Shown in pieces: positions 11,859 through 21,238 of a stretch of 64,000 nt of DNA; position 1 is the stretch's first letter; each line of letters starts with the position of its first letter. Under the pieces are notes generated by a model, which saw only the letters and a list, made by a program, of their open reading frames with translations, ran no database searches and was not told where the DNA came from. The stretch comes from Chthoniobacterales bacterium (lineage in GTDB: Bacteria; Verrucomicrobiota; Verrucomicrobiia; Chthoniobacterales; UBA10450), in NCBI GenBank assembly GCA_035948375.1, contig DASZJH010000092.1, positions 4,557-68,556 on the forward strand. Direction: 5' to 3'. Both the position numbers and the translations under genes were made by a program.

Positions 11859-11987
11859 TTACTTGCCGTAATGGGTAGTACTTGCTCCGGTCGTGGTGGT
11901 AGCCGCTTCCTTGTGTTGAGCGCACGCTCCCAAACTTAACGCACCGGCCAAAACGGCCATGATCATGATCACTTTTAATAGTTTCAA
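11859..11987 (-). CDS. Very small lipoprotein (about 42-aa precursor, ~21-aa mature lipopeptide)
   Basis: TTG at 11987 lies 10 nt after GGAGG. The product (M)KLLKVIMIMAVLAGALSLGAC|AQHKEAATTTTGASTTHYGK has a textbook lipobox LGAC. The longer ATG form (12053) adds an R/K/S-rich non-signal N-terminus. Confidence 0.55.
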   Translation of the reverse strand: MKLLKVIMIMAVLAGALSLGACAQHKEAATTTTGASTTHYGK

Positions 11988-12080
11988 TCTAATTTCGCCT
12001 CCTTTCCGTGCAGGTTGCTTCGACGTTCTAGGCGATGAACATATTTGACGCAACGCCTTTTTTGAAAGGCGCTTGATCTA

Positions 12081-12542
12081 TTATTCGCGGATGACCACCG
12101 GCGTGGTTTCATCCACCAGCTCAAATAGTTCGACCACGTCGTCATTTCGCATCCGGATGCAACCGTGGCTCGCCGGCGTTCCGATGTTGTCCTCGTGCTT
12201 AGTCCCATGAATATAGATGAATCGATCTCGCGTGTTGGCATTATGCTCGTCAAGACCATCCAGCCAGAGAATCCGCGACATGACCAAATCCTCGGTCGAC
12301 GGAAGCGGGTCCTCCGGGCCTAAAGCAACTCGGCTGCGGAAAATCGTTCCGCTCGGCATGGCGCCGCCGATTTTCTGCAAGATACGAAAATTTCCAGTCG
12401 GCGTCTTGAAGCTGCCTTCTTGAGTTCCAATACCGAAACGCGAGCTGGAAATGGGATACGATCGGAGTGTTTCGCCATCCCGAGTCAGGGTGAGCTGCTG
12501 ATCGCGAATCGAGATGTCGATCTTTGTTCGTGGACTTTGCAT
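12081..12542 (-). CDS. L,D-transpeptidase (YkuD) catalytic-domain protein
   Basis: 153-aa ORF with the YkuD active-site motif IHGT...ASHGCIRM. No N-terminal signal peptide is visible. Confidence 0.85.
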   Translation of the reverse strand: MQSPRTKIDISIRDQQLTLTRDGETLRSYPISSSRFGIGTQEGSFKTPTGNFRILQKIGGAMPSGTIFRSRVALGPEDPLPSTEDLVMSRILWLDGLDEHNANTRDRFIYIHGTKHEDNIGTPASHGCIRMRNDDVVELFELVDETTPVVIRE

Positions 12543-12573
12543 CGATACGGACCGGCCTTACAATTCGCCGGCG

Positions 12574-13572
12574 GTGAAAAAAGAATATCATATTGCAATC
12601 GCTGGCGCGACTGGCGCCGTCGGGGCCGAGCTGTTGCGTGTGCTGGAGCGCAGAAATTTTCCGGTCGCGAGAATTCGCGCACTGGCGTCACGGAAGTCTG
12701 TAGGGAAAAAAGTTTCGTTTCGAAACCAATCCGTCCCTGTCGAAGAGCTCAGCGCCAATTCGTTTGATAAAATCGACATCGCGTTCTTCAGCGCCGGCGG
12801 AGATAGATCGCGAAAGTTCGTACCGATCGCGCAAAAGGCTGGCGCGATCGTGATCGACAATTCATCGGTCTTTCGAATGAACCCCGACGTGCCACTGGTG
12901 ATCCCCGAAATAAACGGCCAGGATGTGAAACAGCATCGCGGTGTCATCGCCAATCCGAACTGCACCACCGCGGTCGCGCTGATGGCGATTTATCCTTTGC
13001 ACCGGGCATTCGGAGTTCGTCGCGTGTTCGCAGCGAGTTACCAGGCTGTTTCTGGCAGCGGCGCGCGCGCGATTGCTGAATTGAAAGAACAGGTGCAGGC
13101 AGCCGCCGCAGATCGACAGTCGTCGCCGCAAGTTTATCCACACCCGATCGCGTTCAATGTGTTGCCGCATGTCGATGTTTTCCTGGAGGATGGCTACACC
13201 AAGGAAGAAATGAAAATGCAGAACGAGGGGCGCAAGATCATGCACCTGCCCGAATTCCGCGCGTCGGTCACTTGCGTGCGAGTGCCGGTTTATCGCGCTC
13301 ATTCGGTCGCGCTCAGCGCGGAATTTGAAAAACCAGTTTCAGTAGATCAAGCGCGTGAAGTTTTGGCCAAGGCTCCCGGTCTCGAATTGGTCGATGAGCC
13401 GCACAATAACCGCTATCCCATGCCGCTCGATGTCGCCGGCAAAGACAATTGCCAGGTCGGGCGCGTTCGGCTCGATTGCGCGTTTGAAAACGGTCTCGCC
13501 TTTTGGGTTTCAGGCGATCAACTACTCAAAGGCGCGGCGTTAAACGCTGTCCAGATTGCCGAGCTTCTCTGA
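12574..13572 (+). CDS. asd: Aspartate-semialdehyde dehydrogenase
   Basis: GTG at 12574 gives VKKEYHIAIAGATGAVG (Rossmann motif). The active-site region reads IANPNCTT. The longer 12514 start would overlap the divergent ldt gene. Confidence 0.93.
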   Translation: MKKEYHIAIAGATGAVGAELLRVLERRNFPVARIRALASRKSVGKKVSFRNQSVPVEELSANSFDKIDIAFFSAGGDRSRKFVPIAQKAGAIVIDNSSVFRMNPDVPLVIPEINGQDVKQHRGVIANPNCTTAVALMAIYPLHRAFGVRRVFAASYQAVSGSGARAIAELKEQVQAAAADRQSSPQVYPHPIAFNVLPHVDVFLEDGYTKEEMKMQNEGRKIMHLPEFRASVTCVRVPVYRAHSVALSAEFEKPVSVDQAREVLAKAPGLELVDEPHNNRYPMPLDVAGKDNCQVGRVRLDCAFENGLAFWVSGDQLLKGAALNAVQIAELL

Positions 13573-13643
13573 TTTCATAGTCGCCTTGACGCTTGTCGAT
13601 GCCTGCCCGCCGTAGCCTTTAACGGAGGCGGGTACACAAGACA

Positions 13644-13662
13644 GCCCCGGACTTGCCGGGGC
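13644..13662. terminator. GC-rich hairpin in a convergent intergenic region
   Basis: GCCCCGG-acttg-CCGGGGC is a perfect 7-bp stem between the asd stop and the stop of the 13678 gene. A second hairpin pairs CCCGCC (13606-13611) with GGCGGG (13627-13632). Neither has a clear U-tract. Confidence 0.4.
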
Positions 13663-13677
13663 CGTTCGTGAACTAAC

Positions 13678-15354
13678 TTATCGAGGAGTCGGAGCAGGCG
13701 ACTCGCCGCTTTCCTTTTTGCCCTGGTGTTTACGTTCGCCGCCCTGTTGTCCTGCGCCGGTCGGTTCTGCGCCTGCGGGTGCCGTCACGGATTCAGCTTG
13801 GTGCTTTCCGCGCGCTTCGCTGGCGGCGGATCCACCTTGCGGCTCTGAACTCATTGTTGAGCCAGATTGACCAGAAGGTGACGTTCCCGGCTGTTGTTGC
13901 TCGAGCTTCTTATGTTTGCCGCCGCGCGGCTCATTTGAACTTTCCGGACTCGAAGCGTTGCCAGCCGGCGGCTGCACGTTCTGTTGCTCAAGACCTTTGC
14001 GTTCACGTTTGCCTTCCGGCGCAGTCATTCCCCGAGGACCAGCCGTGGGACCAGTAGTTGGTGGTGTGCCCCCAAATTGCTCGCTGCGTTTGCCCTTGCC
14101 GCCCTTGCCTGGTTTTCCGGTCTCGGTTGTACCCGGCGACATTTCTGTTCCGGCGCCGGTGCCCGGCGAAGTCATCGCATTTGGCTGACCTTGTTCAGCG
14201 CGTTTGTTCTTTTTCTTCTTTCCCCCTTCCGGAACTACGGGAGTGGTTCCCGGCGAAGTTGCTGCGCCGGGGCTGGTGGTTTGCATTTCCTCAGCGGCCT
14301 TAATCTTGTTCTTAGCCTTACCTTTTCCCTTTTCAAACGGAGAGACGGACGTTCCGGGCGCGGGCGATTGGCCCGGCGACACTGAAGCATTTGCTCTAGC
14401 GGAGTCTTTTGCTGTGCCGGCGCCGATCGTCGGAGGCGGAACGTTTTTCAAGTCCTGTGTCTTGATCTTCTCCTTCAGTTGAGTCTGCGCATTGGCGTCT
14501 CCTACCTCCGACCAGCCTTTCTCGACCTTCGGTTGTGCCACTCTCGTTTTCACCGTTGGCGGAGCGATCTCTTTCGCCGGCTTACTGAGTCTTGTCGGAG
14601 CAGCGACGACGAGTGCATTGCCCTGCACTTTCGTCAGGCCACCGGACTTTGCGGCAGCGGAAACATCGACATTCGTTTGCCGTTCGAGTTTCAGTTTTTG
14701 AATCGGACGACTGGAATATTGATTAACCACGTTGATGTCGGGCCCGTAGTTGTAAACGGTTTTGTTTTTGTAGGTAATGTTGGTCACGTTGACCGTTTGA
14801 GTGACGTAGATCACGTTCTGTTGGTACGGAACCAGCCGGGTTCGAAGCACCGGCTCGCCGATATAGCGCACGTCGCAGAAATTGTAATACGCGGGACCGA
14901 TGTCGAACTCGACATCGAGGTGACCCGTCAGCGGCCGACTTTCGTAAACGTTTTCGGTTTCAGGAGGTAGCGGCGCCCAGCCTATGTAGTTGCCGCCCGT
15001 ACGCCATGATACCCAGGCCGGGCCCCATTCGTAACCGGGCTTCCAAACCCACCCGTAATCACCTAATTTGACCCAACGGCCATAGTGATACGTGGCCCAG
15101 CCCCAATCCTCATAGGAAATCCACGTCCAGCCGTCGTCGGTATAGGCCCAATAACCGTCCGCGTACGGTCGCCATGACGAATCGCTTGCCGCAACGTCGG
15201 GCTGCCAGCAATAGCCGTAATTGCCCACTTCGATCCAGCTGCCGCCGTTCAAGTTGTTATAGAAAAAATCGACCGAAATCTCCTGACTCCTTGCTTGAGA
15301 CACGAAGGAAAGCAGGAGAGCCGTCATCGCAAAAACCGAAAGTAATCTTTTCAT
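13678..15354 (-). CDS. Secreted protein with a W/Y-rich repeat N-domain and a long disordered P/G/T/S/K-rich tail
   Basis: 558-aa ORF with signal peptide MKRLLSVFAMTALLLSFVSQARSQ. Aromatic repeats follow (YGYCWQPD...GYWAYTDDGWTWISYEDWGWATYHYGRWVKLGDYGWVWKPGYEWGPAWVSWR). The last ~230 aa are low complexity with recurring basic-patch/EQ units. Confidence 0.8.
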   Translation of the reverse strand: MKRLLSVFAMTALLLSFVSQARSQEISVDFFYNNLNGGSWIEVGNYGYCWQPDVAASDSSWRPYADGYWAYTDDGWTWISYEDWGWATYHYGRWVKLGDYGWVWKPGYEWGPAWVSWRTGGNYIGWAPLPPETENVYESRPLTGHLDVEFDIGPAYYNFCDVRYIGEPVLRTRLVPYQQNVIYVTQTVNVTNITYKNKTVYNYGPDINVVNQYSSRPIQKLKLERQTNVDVSAAAKSGGLTKVQGNALVVAAPTRLSKPAKEIAPPTVKTRVAQPKVEKGWSEVGDANAQTQLKEKIKTQDLKNVPPPTIGAGTAKDSARANASVSPGQSPAPGTSVSPFEKGKGKAKNKIKAAEEMQTTSPGAATSPGTTPVVPEGGKKKKNKRAEQGQPNAMTSPGTGAGTEMSPGTTETGKPGKGGKGKRSEQFGGTPPTTGPTAGPRGMTAPEGKRERKGLEQQNVQPPAGNASSPESSNEPRGGKHKKLEQQQPGTSPSGQSGSTMSSEPQGGSAASEARGKHQAESVTAPAGAEPTGAGQQGGERKHQGKKESGESPAPTPR

Positions 15355-15460
15355 AAGTTAGGCGAGCTCGAGCGTTGGACTTGAGAGTGCGAGGGTTTAT
15401 TCACACCGCCAATACGGTTCGCAAACCGCACGCCCCGAGTCCTTATCGCATTTGGCGCAA

Positions 15461-16957
15461 TCAGCGCGGGCGTAGAACCAAAAAGGAACGCGCTCGGTGC
15501 CGGCAAACCGAAAGCACCTGTGGCTGACTCGGGTCGAGCGAACCGACGACCTTGTTGTAATCCGCCACCGAAGTGACCGGTTGCTGATTCACTTGCTCGA
15601 TGACGTCACCTTTTTGCAAATCCGCAACGCCCGCGGCTGGATCGACATCCGTCACCACGACGCCGTGGACGCCATTCGGCAGGTCCAATTGACCGGCAAG
15701 TTGTGGAGTTAGGTCGCCGACGTGAACTCCGGAAAGTCCAGTTGGTTCTTCGTTATCTTGGTCAGGAGCCGGCTGAAGAGGAGTTTGCCGCGGGACCACC
15801 TGACCGGTCCGGTATCCAGCCGGCTGTTCTTTTATTTGAGTCGAAACCGTCATTGCTTTCCCACCGCGAACAATTTCCAGATCCACTTTTTTGTTGAGGC
15901 CGGCTTGCGCAACCAGCTTCCGCAAATCGTCGAAATTCTTGACATCGTGGCCATCGAACTTGCGGATCATGTCGCCTTTTTGAAGGTGTGCATCTTCGGC
16001 TGGAGATCCGGGAACGATTTCATCCACGACTACGCCGTCGCCCGATAACTGTGGCTGACCTGGTTGGGAGACGCGCATTTGCACTCCAAGATATCCGCGA
16101 ATGATTCGCCCTTGTTTCAATAAACTTTCCAGCGCTGTGCGCGCCATGTTTGAAGGAATTGCAAGTCCGACACCAGCCGAGGTGCCACTGGCGGATATGA
16201 TGGCGGTGTTTATTCCTACGACTTCGCCGCGGAGATTTATCAGTGGTCCGCCACTGTTGCCAGGGTTAATTGCAGCGTTGGTCTGCAACAATTCGCCAAT
16301 ATCACTCGTGCGACCTTTGTAGCTGATAATTCCATCCGTTACCGTCTCTTCGAAGCCAAACGGATTGCCGATCGCGAGAACAAAATCGCCCACCTGCACC
16401 GAGTCGGAATCGGCGAAAACAAGAGGCTTCACGCCTGGATTGTCGATCTTGAGCACGGCGAGATCCATTTGCGAGTCCGCTCCGATGAGCCGCGCTTTCT
16501 CCGTGCGCCCATCGCTCAATTGCACTTCAATCTCGTCTACCTGACTGACCACGTGATTGTTCGTGATAATGTGGCCCTCATTGGTCACGATCACGCCGGA
16601 CCCGAGCGAATTTTGAACCAAGGCTTCATCCCGCCCGCGATACTGGCTTCTCGGATTTCCAAAGAAGAATTCGAATGGATCCATTCCGTTCTGCCGGCGA
16701 ATTCCGATCTTCTTGGAAGTTTTCACAGCCACGACTGACGGAACCACGCTTCTAACCAATGCGCGCCGCTCCTGGTTCAGTGCGTCTAACGAAGCGACCT
16801 GCTTCGGATCGACATTGGACGATTTAGCGAGCGTGTATTTTTCCGGAGTTCGCTCCAGAGTGCCCAACCCACCGCGCTTCAAACGGTAATCATAGAGCGC
16901 CGAGATCGCGAGGCTGAGAAGCGCTACAAATAGAAAAAATTTGAAGAGGTTTTTCAT
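15461..16957 (-). CDS. htrA: HtrA/DegP-family periplasmic serine protease (trypsin-like domain plus two PDZ domains)
   Basis: ATG at 16957 (ATGA overlap with the recG stop) gives the signal anchor MKNLFKFFLFVALLSLAISALY. Catalytic motifs include GNSGGPL, and two PDZ-like regions follow. Confidence 0.93.
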   Translation of the reverse strand: MKNLFKFFLFVALLSLAISALYDYRLKRGGLGTLERTPEKYTLAKSSNVDPKQVASLDALNQERRALVRSVVPSVVAVKTSKKIGIRRQNGMDPFEFFFGNPRSQYRGRDEALVQNSLGSGVIVTNEGHIITNNHVVSQVDEIEVQLSDGRTEKARLIGADSQMDLAVLKIDNPGVKPLVFADSDSVQVGDFVLAIGNPFGFEETVTDGIISYKGRTSDIGELLQTNAAINPGNSGGPLINLRGEVVGINTAIISASGTSAGVGLAIPSNMARTALESLLKQGRIIRGYLGVQMRVSQPGQPQLSGDGVVVDEIVPGSPAEDAHLQKGDMIRKFDGHDVKNFDDLRKLVAQAGLNKKVDLEIVRGGKAMTVSTQIKEQPAGYRTGQVVPRQTPLQPAPDQDNEEPTGLSGVHVGDLTPQLAGQLDLPNGVHGVVVTDVDPAAGVADLQKGDVIEQVNQQPVTSVADYNKVVGSLDPSQPQVLSVCRHRARSFLVLRPR

Positions 16958-19017
16958 CAGCTCACGTTCGAAAACGTTCGTCCCTGTTGTTCGACAATCA
17001 ACTCCCTGAAACGTTGATTCTGCGGCCATTCCAGTCCCGGATCAGTCTCAAAGATCAGAATTGCCGCGACGCGGGCGCGCTGCATTAATTCCGAGTCGCG
17101 CCTGAGATTGCCAATTTTTAAGGCGGGGAGTCCGCTCTGCGCCGTACCCAGCAAATCGCCCGGACCACGCATTTCCCAATCGGCCTCGGCCACGGCAAAG
17201 CCGTCGGTGGTTTTCTCCAGCACCGCTAACTTCTCCGCCGCTTCCGACGACACCTCCGAAGTAAGCAAAATGCAATACGATTTATGCTCGCCGCGACCGA
17301 TCCGTCCTCGCAATTGATGGAGCTGGGCAAGTCCGAATCGCTCCGCGTTTTCAATCAACATGACGGTCGCGTTCGCAACATCGACACCAACCTCGATCAC
17401 AGTCGTGCTTATCAGGACTTTCGTTTCGCCGCGGCGAAAGCGGTCCATGATTTCCTGCTTCTCCGGCCCCGGAATTCGACCGTGCAACAATTCGCAAGCG
17501 ATCGGGTGCAACCGCTCACGCCAGCGCTCATACTCTGCCGCCGCCGCCTTCGCCTCCAGTTTTTCGCTTTCCTCGATGAGCGGATAGACGACGTAGACTT
17601 GTCGTCCTGCTTCCAGTTGCGCCCGCAAGAAACTCAACACTTCGCCGAGTTTCGCTGCATCTCGAACCGCGGTGACGATTTTGCCGCGATTGCGCGGCAT
17701 TTCGTCCAACGTCGAAACATCGAGATCGCCATAGACGGTCATGGTGATTGTGCGCGGAATCGGCGTTGCCGTCATTACCAACACGTCCGGCGCCGGTTCA
17801 CGACTGGCCAGGCGCGCGCGCTGGGCAACGCCGAACTTGTGTTGCTCGTCAATAACCACGAGTCCGAGATTCGAAAACGACACTTTTTCGTAAAGCAACG
17901 CGTGCGTGCCGATGATCACGTCGGCTTTTTCATCGCCTTCAACCAATGGCAGAAAACTTTCTTCCTGTCGTGCGGCAGTACGGATCGACAACTTCACTCC
18001 GAGCGGATCGAGCCAGCGCCGCAGCACGGCATAATGTTGCTCAGCCAAGATTTGGGTCGGCGCCATGAACGCTGCTTGATAACCCGCTTCGACTGCCAGC
18101 AGTGTCGCTGCGATTGCAACGACGGTTTTTCCCGAGCCGACGTCGCCATGCAACAAACGATTCATCGGGAATTTCGACGCAAGATCATGCTTAATTTCCC
18201 CGATTACTTTTTTCTGCGCGCCAGTCAGCTCAAACGGCAGCGATCGCAAGAATTTCTCTATCAATTGCCCTCGCCCGCAGTGCGCACCGCCCAGCCGCAC
18301 GTGCGAATCGTTCCGCCGGGAAGCAATCAGCATTTGCATCGCAAAAAATTCGGAGAGCACCAGATGCTCGCGGGCAGAATTGAGCGATTGCCAGCTCTCC
18401 GGAAAGTGAATCGCCCGGATTGCTTCGCCGCGATCTCCATTTTGCAATTTGTCTGGCAACAAAGGTTCGATCGGTTCGGTGTCCAGCTCCTGCAACAGCC
18501 GGTAAATGGTGCTGCGCAACATGCGTTGCGACAGGCCTTCCGTCGCAGGATAAATCGGTGTGATTCCCCGTAAGTGGATCGATCGCTCCTCGTCGTTCTC
18601 GATCACTTCAAACTCGGGATGGTCCATGCAAATTCGCTGGCCGCGAAGCTTCGGCTTCCCAAAGACGACCAGCTGCTGCCCGGTGGCGATCATTTTTTGG
18701 ATGTAGTGCAAATTGAACCAGCGACAGACTAGCGGCTGGCTCAGCGCGTTTGCGTTTGGCTCCTGTAACGTCGCCTCAAAGATCTTTTTCCAACCGCCAA
18801 ATCGCCGGAGCGACGTTTTGATGACCTCGCCGGACAAACAAATCGGCGTGTCGCTTTCCTCGCGCGGGAACCGCGGGAATTGATGTCGATCTTCGTGGCG
18901 CCGTGGAAAATGAGTCAGCAGATCTTCCGCGGTTATGATGCCAAGCCGCCGCAACGCCAGGATTTTCGGGCGCGGAATCCAATCAAGTTCTTCGAGCGGC
19001 TGCGAGATTTCCATCAA
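16957..19017 (-). CDS. recG: ATP-dependent DNA helicase RecG
   Basis: 686-aa ORF with SF2 helicase motifs GDVGSGKT and VVIDEQHKFG and a RecG-like N-terminal wedge region. Confidence 0.95.
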   Translation of the reverse strand: MMEISQPLEELDWIPRPKILALRRLGIITAEDLLTHFPRRHEDRHQFPRFPREESDTPICLSGEVIKTSLRRFGGWKKIFEATLQEPNANALSQPLVCRWFNLHYIQKMIATGQQLVVFGKPKLRGQRICMDHPEFEVIENDEERSIHLRGITPIYPATEGLSQRMLRSTIYRLLQELDTEPIEPLLPDKLQNGDRGEAIRAIHFPESWQSLNSAREHLVLSEFFAMQMLIASRRNDSHVRLGGAHCGRGQLIEKFLRSLPFELTGAQKKVIGEIKHDLASKFPMNRLLHGDVGSGKTVVAIAATLLAVEAGYQAAFMAPTQILAEQHYAVLRRWLDPLGVKLSIRTAARQEESFLPLVEGDEKADVIIGTHALLYEKVSFSNLGLVVIDEQHKFGVAQRARLASREPAPDVLVMTATPIPRTITMTVYGDLDVSTLDEMPRNRGKIVTAVRDAAKLGEVLSFLRAQLEAGRQVYVVYPLIEESEKLEAKAAAAEYERWRERLHPIACELLHGRIPGPEKQEIMDRFRRGETKVLISTTVIEVGVDVANATVMLIENAERFGLAQLHQLRGRIGRGEHKSYCILLTSEVSSEAAEKLAVLEKTTDGFAVAEADWEMRGPGDLLGTAQSGLPALKIGNLRRDSELMQRARVAAILIFETDPGLEWPQNQRFRELIVEQQGRTFSNVS

Positions 19018-20714
19018 CTCACCGGCGCAGATTCGCGCACTGCTTCCACTCGCATTTCCAAACGGGTCTCGCCCTCGTATTCATCAGGGCGGATGCGAAA
19101 AGCGACGTCCCACGGCTGCTGCGGCAGGGAATTTCCCCCTGCTCCGAAAAAGATGGCGCGGCGCTGATAATTCTGTTGTCGCAACACCAGAGCCAAATGG
19201 TCTTCGCCGACCACACGCGGCGCAACGACCGATTCAACTCCACGCGCAAAGAAGAACGGCTGCGGATTGCCGTTGCCAAACGGTTGCAGCATCTCGTGCC
19301 ATCCGAGGAAATCGTAATTCAATTCCGCAAAACTGATCTCGTGATCCAGCCGCAACCTCGGCTGCAAATCCTCATCCGACAAGAGCTCCCGTGCGATACC
19401 GCGGAATTGTTCCGCGAAAACATCGACATCCTTTTCCTGGATAGTCAGGCCGGCGGCCATTTCGTGTCCGCCGTACTTCTCAAGCTTTTCCGCGCAGCGA
19501 TTCAGCGCCTGCACCAGGTTTAATCCTTCAATGCTGCGGCCGCTCCCTTTGCCGACTCCATTGTCGTCAAAACCAATGACGATCGCCGGGCGATGATATT
19601 TGTGCACGATCCGTGATGCGACAATGCCCAATACACCGGCGTGCCAGCCGCGCGCCGACACAACAATTGCAGCGTCACCAGAAGAATCGAACTCTTTGGC
19701 AATCTTTTCCTCCGCTGCGGCGAAAATCTGTTTCTCGACCTCTTGCCGCTCCCGGTTTTGTTTGTCCAGAAACTCGGCCAGCTCGGTCGCGTCGCTTTCA
19801 TTTTGCGTCAATAAGAGCCGGAGTGATTTTTCGGCGGTGCTCAAACGGCCGGCTGCATTTAATCTCGGACCGAGTCGATATCCGATGTGGTCCGTGAAGA
19901 TCGGCCGTTTCACTCCACTGACTGCGATTAACTTCTTCAAACCCGGTCGGCTCGATCGCGCGATCTCGATCGCGCCGCGCTGAACAAATGTGCGGTTCTC
20001 ACCGCAAAGCGGAACGATGTCGGCAACAGTCGCAAGTGCGACCAGATCGAGTCGTGATTTCAGATCGAACTCGATAGGGCGCGCTTTGAGCAGAGCGTGA
20101 CAGAGTTTGAAAACGATTCCTGCGGTGCACAAATAGTGAAACGCGGATGTTGGATCGATTTTCGGATTCACGATCGCGACACATTCCGGCAACGCGGACT
20201 TTGGCTCGTGATGATCCACCACGATTACGTCCACGCCGCGCCCACGAAGATCGACAATCTCCGCGGCCGATGAGGTTCCGCAGTCGAGTGCGATGAGAAG
20301 CTGCGGACGATGCTGCTCGACGCAACGCTCCACGCTTTCGCGGCTAAGCCCGTAGCCCTCTTCCATTCGCAATGGCAGAAACAAATCGGGCGCCGCGCCG
20401 TAAGCGCGCAACGTTTCCGTCAGCAACGCGAGAGAGGTAACTCCGTCGACATCGTAATCGCCGAACAAAACGATCCGCTCGCGTCGATCCAGCGCGGCGA
20501 AAATGCGGGCGACGGCGATTTCCATACCTGGGAGCAAGAAGGGATCGCTCAGGGTCTTAAGTTGCGGCCGCAGGAAAGTCTGAACCTGATCGCGATTTGT
20601 GAAACCTTTGCGCAAAAGCAATCGGGCGACGCAGTCGCAGCCACAGACTTCGTTCCACGCGATCGTGGAGCCATTGAGCGGTTCGGGAGGGAGAATAATC
20701 CAGCGACTCTGCAC
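19014..20714 (-). CDS. recJ: Single-stranded-DNA-specific exonuclease RecJ
   Basis: 566-aa ORF with DHH-family motifs (DYDVDG, VVDHHEP) and the DHHA1 motif GGHEMAAG. Confidence 0.95.
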   Translation of the reverse strand: MQSRWIILPPEPLNGSTIAWNEVCGCDCVARLLLRKGFTNRDQVQTFLRPQLKTLSDPFLLPGMEIAVARIFAALDRRERIVLFGDYDVDGVTSLALLTETLRAYGAAPDLFLPLRMEEGYGLSRESVERCVEQHRPQLLIALDCGTSSAAEIVDLRGRGVDVIVVDHHEPKSALPECVAIVNPKIDPTSAFHYLCTAGIVFKLCHALLKARPIEFDLKSRLDLVALATVADIVPLCGENRTFVQRGAIEIARSSRPGLKKLIAVSGVKRPIFTDHIGYRLGPRLNAAGRLSTAEKSLRLLLTQNESDATELAEFLDKQNRERQEVEKQIFAAAEEKIAKEFDSSGDAAIVVSARGWHAGVLGIVASRIVHKYHRPAIVIGFDDNGVGKGSGRSIEGLNLVQALNRCAEKLEKYGGHEMAAGLTIQEKDVDVFAEQFRGIARELLSDEDLQPRLRLDHEISFAELNYDFLGWHEMLQPFGNGNPQPFFFARGVESVVAPRVVGEDHLALVLRQQNYQRRAIFFGAGGNSLPQQPWDVAFRIRPDEYEGETRLEMRVEAVRESAPVS

Positions 20715-20808
20715 TGATCATTTTAATCTGCCGGACATTTGCTGACAACTCGCGCAAACAAGTCTTTATCAGTTGACTAGTGGCGCTACACTCAAATAGA
20801 CAAGACGC

Positions 20809-21213
20809 GTGAAAGTAATAGCCGGTTTGCTCTTGTGTTGCTCGTTCGCTTTGTCTGGATGCGCTCTTGGGAAAAAAATGTTGGAGCAGCCCAGCGGGCC
20901 GCCCCAGAAGGAGTCTCCCAAGCTCGAACGCAAAACCGAGGTATTCACCGGAAAAGTCGTCCTAGTGGATGGTGCATATCGACTCCAACTCTCAAAAGAT
21001 CCGGACACGCTGTTGCGTCTGACACGTGCGCGAAAGGAAAGCGAATTTGCCAAAGAGCAAATCAATTTGCGGAAGTATTACGAGAAAACAGTCTCGGTGA
21101 ACGGCACGCTGCACGACGACTGGATTTTTGGAGCCGACATCGTCGGGCAATGGACGCCTCCGGGCGGCGATACCGGCCCGAACATGAACGCTCCAAAGGC
21201 GAGCAGGCCGTAG
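20809..21213 (+). CDS. Hypothetical lipoprotein
   Basis: GTG start. MKVIAGLLLCCSFALSGC carries the lipobox LSGC. No family recognised. Confidence 0.65.
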   Translation: MKVIAGLLLCCSFALSGCALGKKMLEQPSGPPQKESPKLERKTEVFTGKVVLVDGAYRLQLSKDPDTLLRLTRARKESEFAKEQINLRKYYEKTVSVNGTLHDDWIFGADIVGQWTPPGGDTGPNMNAPKASRP

Positions 21214-21238
21214 CCTTTAACCCTGAACGCGCCGTCGC

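Noticed and set aside
17284-18573. 429-aa plus-strand ORF
   Set aside because: It is entirely antisense to recG, whose helicase motifs are unmistakable. The product is R/H/Q-rich with no recognisable motif, a typical GC-rich antisense shadow ORF.
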